NCBI RefSeq assembly: GCF_030144855.1
Contig: NW_026780539.1
Location: forward strand, 310,001 to 374,000
From: Hypanus sabinus
Lineage: Eukaryota
Direction: 5' to 3'
Length of the DNA: 64,000 nt
The notes under the pieces were generated by a model. The model had not been told where the DNA came from and made no database searches. It saw nothing but the letters and a program-made list of their open reading frames with translations. A program made the translations under genes and the position numbers. Positions 12,917-27,900 of the stretch are shown here, one piece after another. Position 1 is the stretch's first letter, and each line of letters begins with the position of its first letter.

Positions 12917-15900
12917 TAGATAGTGTTAATGTTAGCCTTCAATGTTCTGCCTTATCCACCTCTTGCTTAAGTCATTATAACCCTGTAACTTATAATTTTT
13001 CATAGTTTCCTAAGATCTCCCCTGAGCTTGTTTCCTGTCAGCATGGGATGATATCCATGGGATGATATCCATTCACAATATCCATTTTACCTACTTGAAG
13101 TTCATTGACATGTGGGGAAAAACTAGAAGACGGGGGATTGCCTAGTCATCACTGCAGACTCCACACTGACTTTCTCTGCACTGGAGAAACATTGAGATGT
13201 TGTAAACAAAGTCAAGTCCCTCAATATTCAGTAGTAGCAGAACCTTTACAGTTGTGCTTCATTACAGTATGATTTCAAGACCAGTGACTGTCTCTGAATA
13301 TTAGTGAATCTCAGTAGTCTTTGACTTTCTCATCTGCTTAGCCTGGGTAGTGGCTTTGTAGTCACCAATTAACTCTTCAATCACAGTTCATTTACTTATG
13401 TGCAATGAGAACAGCCTGGCACCTGGCACCACCCACTGTTCTGAACTTTGAACAAGTAATGCCATTTCTGTACAGTAATTGACAACTTGTTAACACTGTG
13501 AGGAATGAGGAATCTATGATCACACAACAATAATACTGATATTAATAATCAATATAATCTATCAATAAAAGGCCAATAATACTCAGAATTAGTAAAGTAC
13601 AATAACTGTTACCCTAGAATTCTTCATTAGCATTCTTGTAATGGCAAATGGCTCCAGTCCCCTGCTGTGCAAAGGGGAGCTATGGTCTTAAAGGACTTCT
13701 CTTCAAAGCCTGACTTGCTGAGATTGTTTACGTTCATCCCTCTTTATCCTCCGTTGGATCCGCACTTTAACTTTCCCAATCGCTTCCCTTTCACCATTTA
13801 CCCATTCCTATTTCTGTCTCTCATCTCACCTCCTTACCTGTCCATTATATTCTGATATTCCTACACCTTCCATTTCTTCCATGGGTTTCCGTCCTCTTGA
13901 AGCTGCAAGACTGCAGGATAAAATGCATTCAAGAACCTCTATCCCTCTACATTTATTGCTGTGCTTCAGTTGTCCCATATTGCCTCACCTTGTATGGATA
14001 TCTCTGTGTGCTGATTTTTTAGATTTCTCCAGAAATATTTCTGTTTGCTGCTTGTGTTCCCAACTAAACTTTCCACAGTGTTTTCCTGCAGACCTTTATT
14101 CTTCAAAACAAAGAATGTTGTTGGCATCAGAAAATCTGTTAGCTATGTTTTTCATATTAACAGCAGGAATAAGGATCCAGCAGGTTCCTGACACTTGCAG
14201 AACACCAACTGAAGCATCCTTTCATTCACTTACATTTTTATTGTGTCACTTTCCCTTGGATACCACGGGCAACAATCAGTCAGAATCTGTGTATCAAGTA
14301 TCACCATCAATCCACCCGATTGGCTTTCTCAAGAGAACAATGAGTTAGCATTGTTGAGGATAGCATCCCTCTGCAGCTGCTGAACATACACCCCAACAGA
14401 CTCCCAAATTTAGCACTTCCAATTATTTTCAAATGTTTTTCTAAAGCAATGAATCATTCTGTCATTGCAATTACCATGCCACATCTGTACCCTGGTATCA
14501 TACCAATATGATACCCTATGTACCATATTTTATTATATCTTGAGCACTGGAAAATACAGCTTGACCTATCTTCCTGTTTTGCCTCATTTAAAGGACAGGA
14601 TGGACTTTGTGCCAGTTTAGCAGGTTTCCAACATGAAGATCCTGCAACCATGATGTATCCTCACCTTCATTACAGCATAACTGCTCGTGACACCAGTAAC
14701 ATGGGGAAAGAGGAGCCTAAAGGCACACTCTCAACAATTCAGGAATAGCTTCTTCCCCCTGTCATCAGATTCCTGAATGCACATTGAACTCATGAGCACA
14801 ACCTTACTACTTTATTTCTCTTTGTGTGCACTAATTTAACTTATTAATAAGAATGATCAATTAGAGTAAATAAATATTTATGTGTTGCCACATACTGCTG
14901 CCACAGAGCAACAGATTTCCAGTCAATCCAGTACATTTATTAAAAAAAGAATGTATAAATCATACAACCTTGAGATTGGTTTGCTCACACGTAGCCACAA
15001 AGCAAGACCCAATTTAAAAAGAAAAGAATACAAATTAGGAAAATAAATAAAAACCGACACCTAATGCACAAAAGAATATAAAACAAATCATACAAGCAAT
15101 TGAAGTGAACAACATTCAGAACCAAAACAACTGCTGACACACAACAAATCTCACAACATACTGTCTGCCAGTGATATTCAACCTGATTGTGATCCTAACA
15201 TTTCAGGATGAAGATCCTGCATCAGCGTTACGTTAGCATTTAGTGAAATGCTAATATTAGTCCCATCTTACACAGAGACTGCTACAAAGAAGTGGTTGAG
15301 GTATTTGCTTGTATCTTGTCCCCTCCACCGATGCACAGTAACAGGACTCAAATTGAAGTTTGGGCACCCCAAGAGATTTGAGCTCTCAGATAATTTTTAC
15401 CAAGGTGTCAGACCTTAAATAGCTTGTTAGAGCTATGGCTTGTGCATAGTCATCATTAGGAAAGACCAGGGGATGCAAATTTCAAAGCTTTATAAATACC
15501 CTGACTCTTCAAACATTGTCCCAAAAATCAGCAGCCATGGGCTCCTCTAACCAGCTGCCCAGCAGTCTGAAAATTAAAATAAATAATGCCCACAAAGCAG
15601 GAGTAGGCTATAAGAAGGTAGCAAAGCATTTTGAGGTTGCTATTTCCTTAGTTACATTTCTATTACATTAAGAAATGGCAGTTAATAGGAATGGTGCAGG
15701 TCAAGTTGAGGTCTGGAAAACGAAGAAACCTTTCTGAGAGAACTCTTTGTAGGATTGCTGGAAGGGCAAATCAAAACCCCTGTTTGACTGCAAAAGACAT
15801 TCAAGAAGATTTAGCAGACTCTGGAGTGGTTTTGCACTGTTATACTGTGCAGCGACATCTGCACAAATATGACCTTCATGGAAGAGTCATCAGAGGAAAA

Positions 15901-18900
15901 CCTTTCCTGCATCCTTACCACAACATTCAGTGGATAGATAATTTCATGAAAAGAACACCTCTACAACTGAAATGCATTGTGGTGGATTGATCATGCTTTG
16001 GGCTTGTGTTGCAACCAGCGGCACGGGGAACCTTTCACTGGTACAGGAAAGACTGAATTCCTGAAATAGCAGCAAATTCTGGAAGCAAACATCACACTGT
16101 CTGTTTAAAAAAAAACAGCTGAAGATGAAAAGAGGATGGCTTCGCAAAATCATAATGATCCCTAAAAGCACCTCAAAATTCGCAATGGACTACCTCAAGA
16201 GGCGCAAGCTGAAGGTTTGGCCATGGCCCTCACATTCCCTCAACCTAAACATCTTCGAAAATCTGTGGATAGACCTCAAAAGAGCAATGTATGCAAGACG
16301 GCGCAAGAATCTCACATAACTAGAAGCCTTTTCCAATGAATAATGGGCAAGAATACCCCAGACAGGAATTGAAAGACTCTTAGCTGGCTACAGAAAGTGT
16401 TTATAAGCTGTAATACTTGCCAATGTGGGTGTTACTAAGTGCTGACTATGAAGGGTGCCCAGACTTTTGCTTTGGGCCCTTTGCTTTTTTTGCTATTTTG
16501 AAATTATAAAAGATGGAAATAAAAAAGTAATCTTGCTTAAAATATTAAAGGAATGTGTCATCTTTAACTTTATGCCTTTTGGAAATCAGCTTAACTTTTA
16601 TTCACTTAGCTATTCAAGTCAAGTAAAGTCAAGTAATTTTTATTGTCATTTTAACCATAACTGCTGGTACAGTACATAGTAAAAATGAGACAACTTTTTT
16701 TTTCAGGACTATGGTGTTAATGACACAGTACAAAACCTGGACTGAACAACGTAAAAAAAAAAGATTGTAATGTACCCCATGAATGCTTGAGTATGAGGGT
16801 AGGTTGAAGGACAACGTGAGGGCATTCTATGGATATGACAAGATAGCTTTTTGTGAATGAATATGTGATAGACATTTATTAGTTGGGGTACAGAATACAT
16901 AACTTTATTGAAAACCTGGTCAGACATCGGGGTGGTTTTGGTCTGCAGAGCATGGGAAGAATGCAGGGGTAATGCAATGGTAGATCACCAGGCTGGAGTG
17001 TTTCAGTTATGATGAGAGAGTGGAGAGGTTAGGCATGGTCTCCTTGGCAAAGAAAAGAAACACCATGTTTGTGTATACAATGTAAGGGTACCGAGAGAGT
17101 AGGCTGCAGACATTTCCTATGTCAATGATATGAAATAAATGGTTTTGCTGCAAAGTTGAGACAATATGATGATAGGTGGAGAGGCAGGTAGTTTTGAGGA
17201 AGTAGAGTGGTGAAAGATGGATTAGGAGAATGTGCAAAAATGTGGCAGATTGAATTCAGTGTTGGGAAGTGTATGGTCATGTACTTTGTTAAAAGAAATG
17301 AAAGGTTAAACATTTTCTAAATGCAGAGAAATTCAAAAATCTGAGTTGCAAAGGGATTTGGGAGTTTTTGTATCGGATTCCCGAGAGGTTAATTAGCAGG
17401 TTGAGTCAGTGGTGAGGAAGGTAAATACAATGTTACTATTCAATACAAGATGAGTAGAATATGAAATCAAGGATGCAATGTTGAGGATTTATAAAGCACT
17501 GGTGAGGCCTCACTTGGAGTATGGTGAGCAGGTCGGTGTACCTTATTTTAGAAAGGACATTCTGAAACTGCTGTGGGTTCAAAGGAGGTTCATGAAAATG
17601 ATTCCAGAAATGGATAGCTTGTTATAATGGTGATGGCTCTGGGCCTGCATTCACTAGAATTCAGAAGAACACGGGGAGACTTCATTGAAGCCTATCCACT
17701 GTTGAATGGTGGATGAAGTGAGGATGCTTCCTCTGGTGAGAGAGCCCAGGACCAGAAGACACAAACTTGGAACATAGCATCCCCTTTAAGAACCGAGATA
17801 CAGAGGAAAACCATTAGCCAGTTACCGGTGAATCTGTGGAATCTGTTTCCACAGATGACTCTGGAGGCCGTCTTTATGTACACGTGAGGCAGAAGGCTGA
17901 CAGATTCTTGATGGGTCATGTGGAGAAGGCAGGAGATCATCTTGCTGGCGAACATGCAGTCTCTGGTGAATAGAGTTGATGATATCAGAGCTAGGGTACT
18001 GAATCAGAGGGACATAATATTTCCGTACTGGATACAGTGATTCAGATTGATGGGTTTACCATACACCGACTTAATAGATCTACAGAGTCTCTCAAAAGCA
18101 GAGGTTAAGGGAATGCCTTACGATGAATTCAACTTGGTGCACAAATATGTCAGTTTTGTCCCAATTCTGCTCACCAAATCTGGAATATCTAGTTTTTTAC
18201 CTACCACAGGAGTTCTCTGGGGTCATTTTGGTATCCGTATACATACCGCCTCATGCCAAAGTCAATCAGGCTTTAGATGATCTGAGCAATGGGATGAACA
18301 TGCATGAAACAGTGCACCATTACACCTCCACCGTTATTTTGAGAGATTTTAACCAGACCAGTCTGAAAAAGAAAAATCACAAAACAATTACCATCAACAG
18401 ATTACTTGCAATACCAGAGGAAACATTGCTACATTTTATACAAGAAAGGCAACTGTAATATTACACACCCTTACTTCGGGAAGTCTGATCACCTGGCTGT
18501 ATTTCTGCTCCCTGAGTAGAGGCAGAGACTGAAGACTGCAGTGTAAGTTGTGAGGACCGACAAGGTTTGGGCAAGGGAAGCACAGGAGCACCTTATAGGA
18601 CTGCTTTGAACTGGTGGACTGGACTGTACTCAAGGATTTTTGGCACAATTTTTAATCTATTCAATATACGTGTACTGTATAAAGTAAACTGAATAACTTT
18701 TTTAAAAATAATTTTCCTCTATTTTTTATAATGCATTGAGCTGCTGCTGTTAAGCTAACAAATTTCATTTCATGTGCTGGTAATAACAAACCTGATTCTG
18801 ATTGGGTCTGAGGGGAAAATGTGTCTGCCATGTTGATGGGCCAGACTCAATGGGCCAAATTGCCTAATTCTGCCCCTACATCTTATGGTCTTTTATTGGT

Positions 18901-21900
18901 GGTAGATAAAATTAAGGACTAGGGAATATGCAGCAGTGGTTTAGAGGCTTTGTGAAAGAGACCTTAACCCACGTAGCAGCAAATGCTTGGTTTGCACTGT
19001 CTGGGAGAGTAGTTGCTGGTAGAATTTATAACTAGATGAGTAAGAATCATCTAGGCAAAGAAGGGCTTGGACAAGGTTGGGCCTGATAAGGCTGAGGGGT
19101 GGCCACTGTCAGCACAGGTGTTTCTATACAGCATGATTCCGTGATATTCCCACCAATTCAATACAGAGAGCTGAACGATTACACTGAACTGACAGTGTTT
19201 ATGCTAGTAGGGGGCCATTATTTGGAGATTGTAACTGAAGTTGGTGGGGGTAAGTTGCAAGAGGCATTAATATCAACACTGTTAATTAGTAATGCTAATT
19301 ACCATTACAGTTTATACCATTGAGACTGAGCATACTCCTGCTGCAGATTCCACACTCGGTGATCCGTGTGTAAACCACACCATCCTGGATCACCCCTGGA
19401 GAAGCATGGATTGTTCATCGGAAAAATGCAGTGGATACATGAATGATGAAACCCAGGCAGAAGGATGGTACCGATTCGAGAGGTAATTTAAGCCAAGACC
19501 CTTCATCTAGACTGCAAAGAAAGGGGGTGGTATCCAGTTTAAGAAGATATGGGGGCAATGAGGAGGAGTACGTGGAAGGTGACAGGTGACACCAGAAGAG
19601 GCAAAGGGTGGGAAATGTGAGAGGCTGGGGTTTGATGGTTAGAAGGGACAGAGCACTGAGGAAGGAAGAATCTGATGGAAGTGGACAGTGCAGTAAAGGG
19701 AATGAGGTGGGAACCAGAGGGACGTGATGGCCTGGACAAGAGGCCGGGGAGGAGAAGAGAAGCGCGGGAGTAGGGTACCTTGAGCTTCTGTTCCCTTCCA
19801 GTTTGGGTGAAGGATCTCAGCTCAAAATGTCATGTGTTTATTGTCCACTGCATTTGCACAGTTTATTTACAGTTCAGAGTCCTGATGTTTACAGTTTACT
19901 GAACCTGTTTACAGTTATTGTTCTAAAGATTTGCTAAATATGCCCGCAGCAAAAGAACGTCAGGGTTGTATGTGGTTACGGAATGTACTCTGATAATAAA
20001 TTTTACTTTGAACTTTGCCTTACTTGCTGAGTTTCTGCAGCACTTCACGAGTGTTGCTCAAGATTTCCTGCATCTGCAAAATGTTTTACATCAAATATCA
20101 AGCAGGGCTTCCTGAGATTAGATAGAATATTAAACCAATGGAATGGGCTGCAGTTCCTGCTCATTCTCACAGTGGCTGGACAGATGAGGATGGAGATGCT
20201 GTTTTTTTTTCAGTTCTGGGGGCTGGAGGATTCCTGAGACTGTCGTTCCAACACACAAGTGCTCCGGGAAAAGCTCAGGCTGGTTAAACGGTAAGATCAT
20301 AGTGTACAACAAAAGGTCTTGGTTTCTATTCTGTTAGGGAAGACTAGACATAGTTCATGTCAGATGACCCCTTGTACAGAAACAGATCTCGACATCCCTA
20401 AGAAATGCTCCCCGGTCTCTTAAGCCATGTTGTAGCCCTGAATCTACAGGGAATCTAGCAGTGATGCATTGGCTTCCTGTAGAGCCCTGGTGCATGTAGC
20501 TGGTCTCTGGATCTGCTGGTATTGCCCGCTCCGTATAAAACCTGGTGTAATTTGAGTGAAGGAGGAGCACCCAGGGAGCCACAGTTCATGAGGTAATTAA
20601 TAGGACAATGTAATTTTTCCACGGGAATGTTATGTCTATGAAATTTCTCAGTCATCCAGGTGATTCCATTTCAAGCAGTTGCAAATCAAGGCAACTGGAA
20701 TTGTTGTTGTCTAGAAGATGTTTTCCCACTCATCCGAGAGGCTTCTTCAGTTCTGATCCATGGTGGGCAGTTTTTCAGCTTATAAACTCTGAATTGCTAA
20801 AGGTATAGCAATCACATGAGTGTCATTGAGAATTACAGAGGTAATGAGGGAGTCAAAGTCTTACCGTTGCATGAATGGAAGTGTGAACTGTTGTAAAGAT
20901 TCCAGGGTAGAGATATAGCATTGTAAGTAGTGATAAGTGGTGTCATACTCAAACTCCTCTGTCCAGTCATGGGTTTTCCAGTTTGACAAAGATGGCTTCT
21001 GTAACTCCTCTTTCATACTATCTATCCTCCCTGTCCTTGTTATCAAAGGAGAGTCCCTGTCCTTTAGGTGTCAGTATACAGAGGCCATCTGTTTTTGAAG
21101 TGTTTGTTTTGTCTCACTGATATACAGGTATTTGCAGTTCTCATTGCATTGAAACGCATGCACAATATTGCTCTGTTTGTGCCTGCGTGTAGGATCCTTG
21201 GGGTGAAAGAGTTTCTGTCTGACTGTGTTTGTAGGTCTGACAAACACAGGGCTTCTTTTATTCTGGACAACACAGCAAGTCCAGTTGCCTTTATCTACTA
21301 CTGCTTGATAAAATTCTGTAATGTCTTCAGTTAAACCCACTCCTTAGTTCTCATGTTGCAATTATTATAAACATCTTGTTTCTGTTCTAAGGCTTGTTAT
21401 GTTTATATTTCAATGCATCCAAAATTTATAAGAGCAATATGAATTTTAACAACTTATCACTGCTGCAATTGTTATCAGTTTTGGGTATTTTCTGAGCTTG
21501 CAGGGTCTCTGATTCTCTTTGTAGATGTTCAACAGTGAGTCAGCTTGCTCATGGCTCCAGTGTTGTCAAAGCACTTCAAGGCGAGGACGTGTGTCGCATG
21601 GGACAGGGACCCACAAGGTCTCTTCAACAGGAGCTGTCTTCAGAGAACGCTTGTGCCTGTGGGGAGAACAACAGCTCATACTGACTGAACCCGGTCAGAC
21701 AATGGGTTGTGAACAATAGATTTGCAGAGAGTCTGGTTGCATGTTTCCTATTATACAGCAGAGACAGGTATATTTTACAATATTTATAAACCCCATTTCA
21801 GGTAGCCATCCGAGTGTGGGAGAGGGGGAGGTCCACAGGACTGTCTGCTTCAGCTGGAAGCAAAGCTACTGCTCAACAAAGCAGACAATCAAGATCAAAA

Positions 21901-24900
21901 ACTGTGGTGCTTTCTTTGTGTACTGGCTGAAGCCAACACTCTGCTGTGACAAAGTTTATTGTACAGGTATGTTACCATTCCCCATTAACACACAGTGGGG
22001 GGAGGGGGAGTTATTTGGATATCACAGATATCATTAGAAGTCAGGATTGAAGCTTGGTTGCAAAGCATCTGAACCAACAGCTGTACAAGAGCAGAGTGAG
22101 GCCATTCACACACCGCGTCTGCTTTGCTAGTTAATCATCGTTTACTCATTTTCTCTCTCAACCCCATTCTCCTGCTTTCTCCCTAACCTTCAGCACCCTG
22201 ACTAATCAGGAATATATTAACACCCACTTTAAAAATACCCAATATCATTACTCCACAGCCATCTGTGGTAACAAATTCTACAGGTTCAAACCGTCTGAGT
22301 AAATAAATTTCTCTCAATCTCTGCTCTTAATGGACACACGTCTATTTGGATGCTTGTCCGAGACTTGCCCAAAATAGGAAACATTTTCTCCACACCCACT
22401 TTATCTATACTTCTGGCATTCTATAGGTTTTAGTCCACTAGTCACCAGCAGCCAATGAGAAAAGGCCCCCCTTTATTCCCACTCTGCCTCTAGCTGGTCA
22501 GCCAATTTTCTACATCTGCTAATATCTTTCCTGTTGGGCACCGATCTTGTTAAGTAACCTCATGTGTCATCTTGTCAAAGGCCTTTTGAAAATAAAAATT
22601 AACATTGACTGGTTCTCCTTTGTCTGATCTACCTGTTACTCCCTCAAAGAATTCCAAAAGAGCTGTCAGACAACATTCCGTCTCAAGGAAACCATACTGA
22701 CTTCTGGTATTTTATTGTGCCCTCAAATAGCTCAAACTCATCCTTTTTACAATGGATTTGAACATCTTCCCAGCACTGTAGTCAGGCTAACTAACTTCTA
22801 ATTTCTTTTTTTTTCTGTCTCTCTGCACTCTTAAGGAGTGGAGTGACATTTACAACCTTCTAGTCCTGCAGAACTATTCCAGGATCCAGTGATTGTTGAA
22901 ATATCACCACTAATGCCTCCACCATCTGTTCACCTAACTCTTTCAAAACCCGGAGGTGTAATCCGCCTGACTTACCTTCCCTCAGACTTTCTGGCTTCAG
23001 TTGTCTTCTCATTAGTGACAGCAACGAAACTCACTTCTGTCACTGAAACTCAAATTTCTGGAATGCTGGTAGTGTGCTCCTCGGTGAAGACTGACATAAA
23101 TTCTTATTAAGTTCAACAATGATTTATGTGTCCCCCATTACTGCTTCTCCATCATAATTATCCAGTGGTCTAATTGCCACATTCACTTGTTTTCCTCTTT
23201 ATTTTTTTCTCTGTATCCTCGTTTACATATTGGTTACCTTACCTTTGTATTTTATGCCTGTGAAGGTTCTCAGTCATCTAGGTCACTGTACGTCAAGCAG
23301 TAGTAAATCAAGGCAACTGGACTAGCTGTGTTGTTTAGAAGACATTTCACCACTTATCCAAGAGGCTTCTTCAATTCTGATCAATGGTGGGTTGTTTTCT
23401 GGTCTATAGACTTGAAATTGTTTAAAGGAACAGCAATCACACAATGGTTGCTAACAGATGTAAAGGTAAGGAGAGGGTCATTAGTCTTATCATTACGTGA
23501 ATGGAGATGAGAACTGATGTGGAGATGCAGGGTTAGAGGTGGAAGGAGTGCATTGTAAGTAGCTGATAGGTAGTGTCATACCCCACACCTCTGTTCACGG
23601 ATGGGTTTTCCAGTTTGAAGAAGATGGCTCTTTAGCCCTTATTTCAAGCCATCTGTCTTCTCTGTCCTTGTTATCAAAGGAGTGTCCTTGTCCTTTAGGT
23701 GTAGGTATGCAGCTGAGTACATGAGAACTGCACAGATCTGTGTATCGGAGAGACAGAACAACCACTTCACAAATACGTGGCACAACACAGGAGGACTAAC
23801 ATCTTAAGTCAAGACTCAGCTGTATATCTAGACCTCAAGGACAGAAGAGACTCTTTTGATGATAGCAAGATAAGACTAATGTCCCTCTTATTATCTCTAT
23901 GACGTGTAACGACCCTTATCATATTGATATACCTTTAAACAACTCAGTTTATAAGCCGGAAAGCTACCCACCATGGATCAGAACTGAAGAATCATCTTGT
24001 ATGAGTTGACTTCCAGGCAACACAGCAAGGCCAATTCCCTTCATTTTATACTTCATATTCTATGTGTTTGTTCATAATTGTTTTTTAAGTTGTCTTCCTT
24101 TGTTTTTTTTAAACTTCTGTTGGATTCTGTTTTTTATTAAACCATAGTTCTTTTGGAAGTCAGGAAAGAAGCACAAAACTTATTGCTCCATGGTCTATTT
24201 ATTGAGTATTGACAGAACAAAGGGAAATTGTCACCTGCTAGTAGCAGAAAAAGAGGCAGAAAAAAACATTGCTGTTGTGTGGTCAGCTCTTTCTATCCCC
24301 ATGGGTAAGAAACATTCCATTCAAATATGCATATAAAAGTCAACCAGTCAGATACTTCTATTCAAATAATGCAGCAACATAGAAACTTCTAGACCAGTCT
24401 GGAATTATACAAATATAACCACCAGGGGTCACATTGAACAATGATGTTAACATTCACATACAATGGCTACTTTGATATATGAAGGCTAATGTGCCAAAAG
24501 CTTTCTTTATGGCTCTATCTACCATTTTCAATTAATGGACCTGTATTTCCAGATCCCTTTGTTCTACCGCACCCCTTCGCGCTCCAGCATTCATTGTGTA
24601 AGTCCTATGCGGGTTGGTCTTACTAAAGTGGAACACCTCACATGTCTTCATTCAGCTCCATCTGCCATTTTTTAGTCAAGTTTTCAGCTGATGCAGCTCC
24701 CTTTGCAAGCCATGATGGCTTTCTTCACTGTCCACTGCACCTTCGATCTCAGTGTCATCAGCAAACTTGCTGATCCGGTTAACCATTTCATCATCCTGGT
24801 TGTTGATATTGATGACAAGGTATAATGGACTCTGCAGTCCCTGTAACTCTCCGCTTGTGACAGGACTCCAGTCAGAGAGGCAACCATCTACTTCCATTCT

Positions 24901-27900
24901 GCACCTCCTCCTAGAGAGTCAATGTCCAATTCAATTTTCTGCCTCATCTTGTAGGTCGAGCAGCTGAGCCTTCTTGACCAACCTCCCATGCTTTTCAAAT
25001 GCCTTGCTAAAGTCCATATAGACAGCACCCACTGCCTTGCTTTCATCACCTTTCCTGGCAACTTCCTCAAAAGCTATTTAAGATTGGTTAGACTTGATCT
25101 ACCACCATGAAACCATGCTGACAATCATGTATCAAGTCATGTTTATCCAAATAATTATCCATTAGAATAACCTCCAATAATTCTCCAACTACTAATATCA
25201 GGCTCATTGGTTTCTAATTTCCTGATTTATTTTTAAAGCCTTTCTAAAACAGCGAAATAAATTGGCTATCCTGCAATCCTCCAGCATGTCACCTGCTGGG
25301 AAGGATAATTTAAAGATTTCTGCTGGGGCCATAGCAATTTCTGCATTTGCCAACCACAGGGTCTAAGAGAACACTTTGTCAGACCCTGGGGATTTATCAA
25401 CCCTAATTTTCCTCAGGACAGCAAATGTCTCCTCTTCTGTAGTTATTGAGCAGAGGCCAATCAGAGTGAACAGAAGCTGGAGAGGACCTAAATCACTTGG
25501 GTTCACTGATCAACTATTAAGGAAAATGACTTTCATCATTTTTTTGGAGCTTTGAAAAGCAGCCAATCGAAGAGATTAGAAGCTTGAGAGGACATAATTC
25601 ACTCAGATCCGCTGATTGAGTATTAAAAGCAACAACACACTATGTTTTTGTTCATGCTTTCATCAACAGCTAATCAGTGGACAGAATTGATTAGCAAGAA
25701 CAAATTAAAATAAGGCCAGGGCAAGCGGGGCAGCCATTGTTGGAGTGGACAGAGTTGAGGTTTTAGATGTGAGAGGACACCTCCAGTGACCCTGACAACT
25801 ACACGAAATACATCCTGCTGCAGCTTCTAACAATCGCTGATAAGGAGTTGGAGCTGGAACTGGATGAACTCTGGATACCTCAGGAGGCTGAGAGTGTGAT
25901 CGATACAGAGAGGTCGATACACTTGAGGTGTAGAAGTTAGGAAACTGTGTGACAGCCAGGAGAAGGAAAGGTGTTAAGAAGCCAGAACCAAGTACCCCTG
26001 TGACCAACCCCTCAACAACAAGTGTATTTTTATATTATTGTGGGGGGTTTGGTGGATGACTGAGCAGAGGAAAGTCTCTGTAACCAAGTCTGCCTCTGTG
26101 ACTCAGAATGGAACTGGAGAGAAGAGGTGAGGCTGATAGGGAATTCATTAGCTAGGGGAACAGAAAAGAAGTTCTCTGGGTGAGAATGAGATTCCTGGAT
26201 GGTATGTTGTCTCCCAGGTGCCAGAGTCCAGAACAACTCAGATTACTGCTGAACAGTCTTAAGTGGGCAGATGAACATCAAAAAGTTGTTGCCCATGTAG
26301 TTACCAATGTTGTGGGAAGGAAGAGTGATGAGATTCTGCATTGGGAATTCAGGGAGTTAAATGCTAACAAGATCTCCAGGGTAGTAATTGTGAGGCTAGA
26401 ATTAGGACAATTATACAGTTTTAAGATTTGTCTAGTAGTTGGATTTTTGGATCATTAGGTTCTCTTCCAGGGATGGTGGGGCAGGTTTGCACTTGAACTG
26501 GAAGTGAACTAATATTCTATCAGGGAGGTTTGTTCATGCTGCACGTGTGATTTCAGCTAGAGTTGCAGAGGGTTTGGGAACCAGAATGCCAGAACAGTTA
26601 GTGAAAGGATCTGGAGGTGGATGTTGGTAAGACTTCAGACAGAGTCAGAAATCTATAGGTTGAGTATAGTGTAACTCATGTCCTGAGCTGCATATATTGT
26701 AAGAAAGTTGGATGAGCTCAGGTTATAAATCAAAACCTGGAATTATTTTTTGGGACATGTCATGTCTTATACATGATATGAGGGGATCAGGTCATGCCTT
26801 ACAAACCTGTTTGAATTCTTTGAGGATGTAATAAAACACATTGATGAAGGAAAAGCAGTGGATGTAGTATATATGGATTTCAGTAAGGTATTTTTTAAGG
26901 ATCCCCATGCGAGGCACATTCAAACAGTAATGAGGCAGGGAATCCAAGGAGACCTTGCTTTGTGGATCCAGACTTGTCATGCCCACAGAAGCCAAATGGT
27001 GGTTGTGGATGGCTCACATTCTGATTGGAGGACAGTAACCAGTGGTGTTCCACAGAGATCTGTTCTGGGACTCCACCTCTTTGTGATTTTTACAAATGAC
27101 CTGGATGAAGAAGTAGAAGGGTGGGTTAGTGAGTTTGTTAATGACACAAAAGTTAGGGTTTTTTGTGGATAGTTTGGAGGGTAGTCAGAGGTTGTACCGG
27201 GACATCAATAGGTTGTAAATCTGGGCTGAGAAGTGGCAGATGGAGTTCAAGCCAGGTAAGTCTGAAGCTGTTTATTTCAGTAGGTCAAATTTGAAGGAAG
27301 AATATAATATTAATGGTAATACTCTTGGTAGTGTGAAGCATCAGCAAAATCTTGGGGTCCATGGACATTCAAAGCTGCTGCTCAGGTTGACAGCATTGTT
27401 ACGAAGGTGTATGGTATGTTGGCCTTCGACACCCATGGGATTGAGTTCAAGTGTCATGAGGTACTGTTACAGCTTTTCAAGACCTTGGTCAGACCCTACT
27501 TGGAGTACTGTGTTCAGTCGTGGTCAACTCATTGCAGGAAGGATGTTGTTACTATACAGAGATTTACACGGATTTTGCTTGGATTGGAGAGCATGCCTTA
27601 TGTGAATAGATTGAGTGAATTTGCCCTTTTCTCTTTAAGTCGACGGAGGATGAGATGTGACCTGACGGAGTTGTATACGATGATGAGAGGCATTGATCAT
27701 GTGGATAGCCAGAGGCTTTTTCCCCAGGTCTGAAATGTCAAACACGGGGGCGCCATCATTTTAAGATACTTCAAAGTATGTACAAGGGGATGTCAAAGGA
27801 AATCTCTTCACACAGATAGTGCTGGCGGTGATTGTGGAAGCGGATACAATAGGGTCTTTTCAGAGCCTCTTAGATAGGTACATAGAGCTTAGAAAAATAG

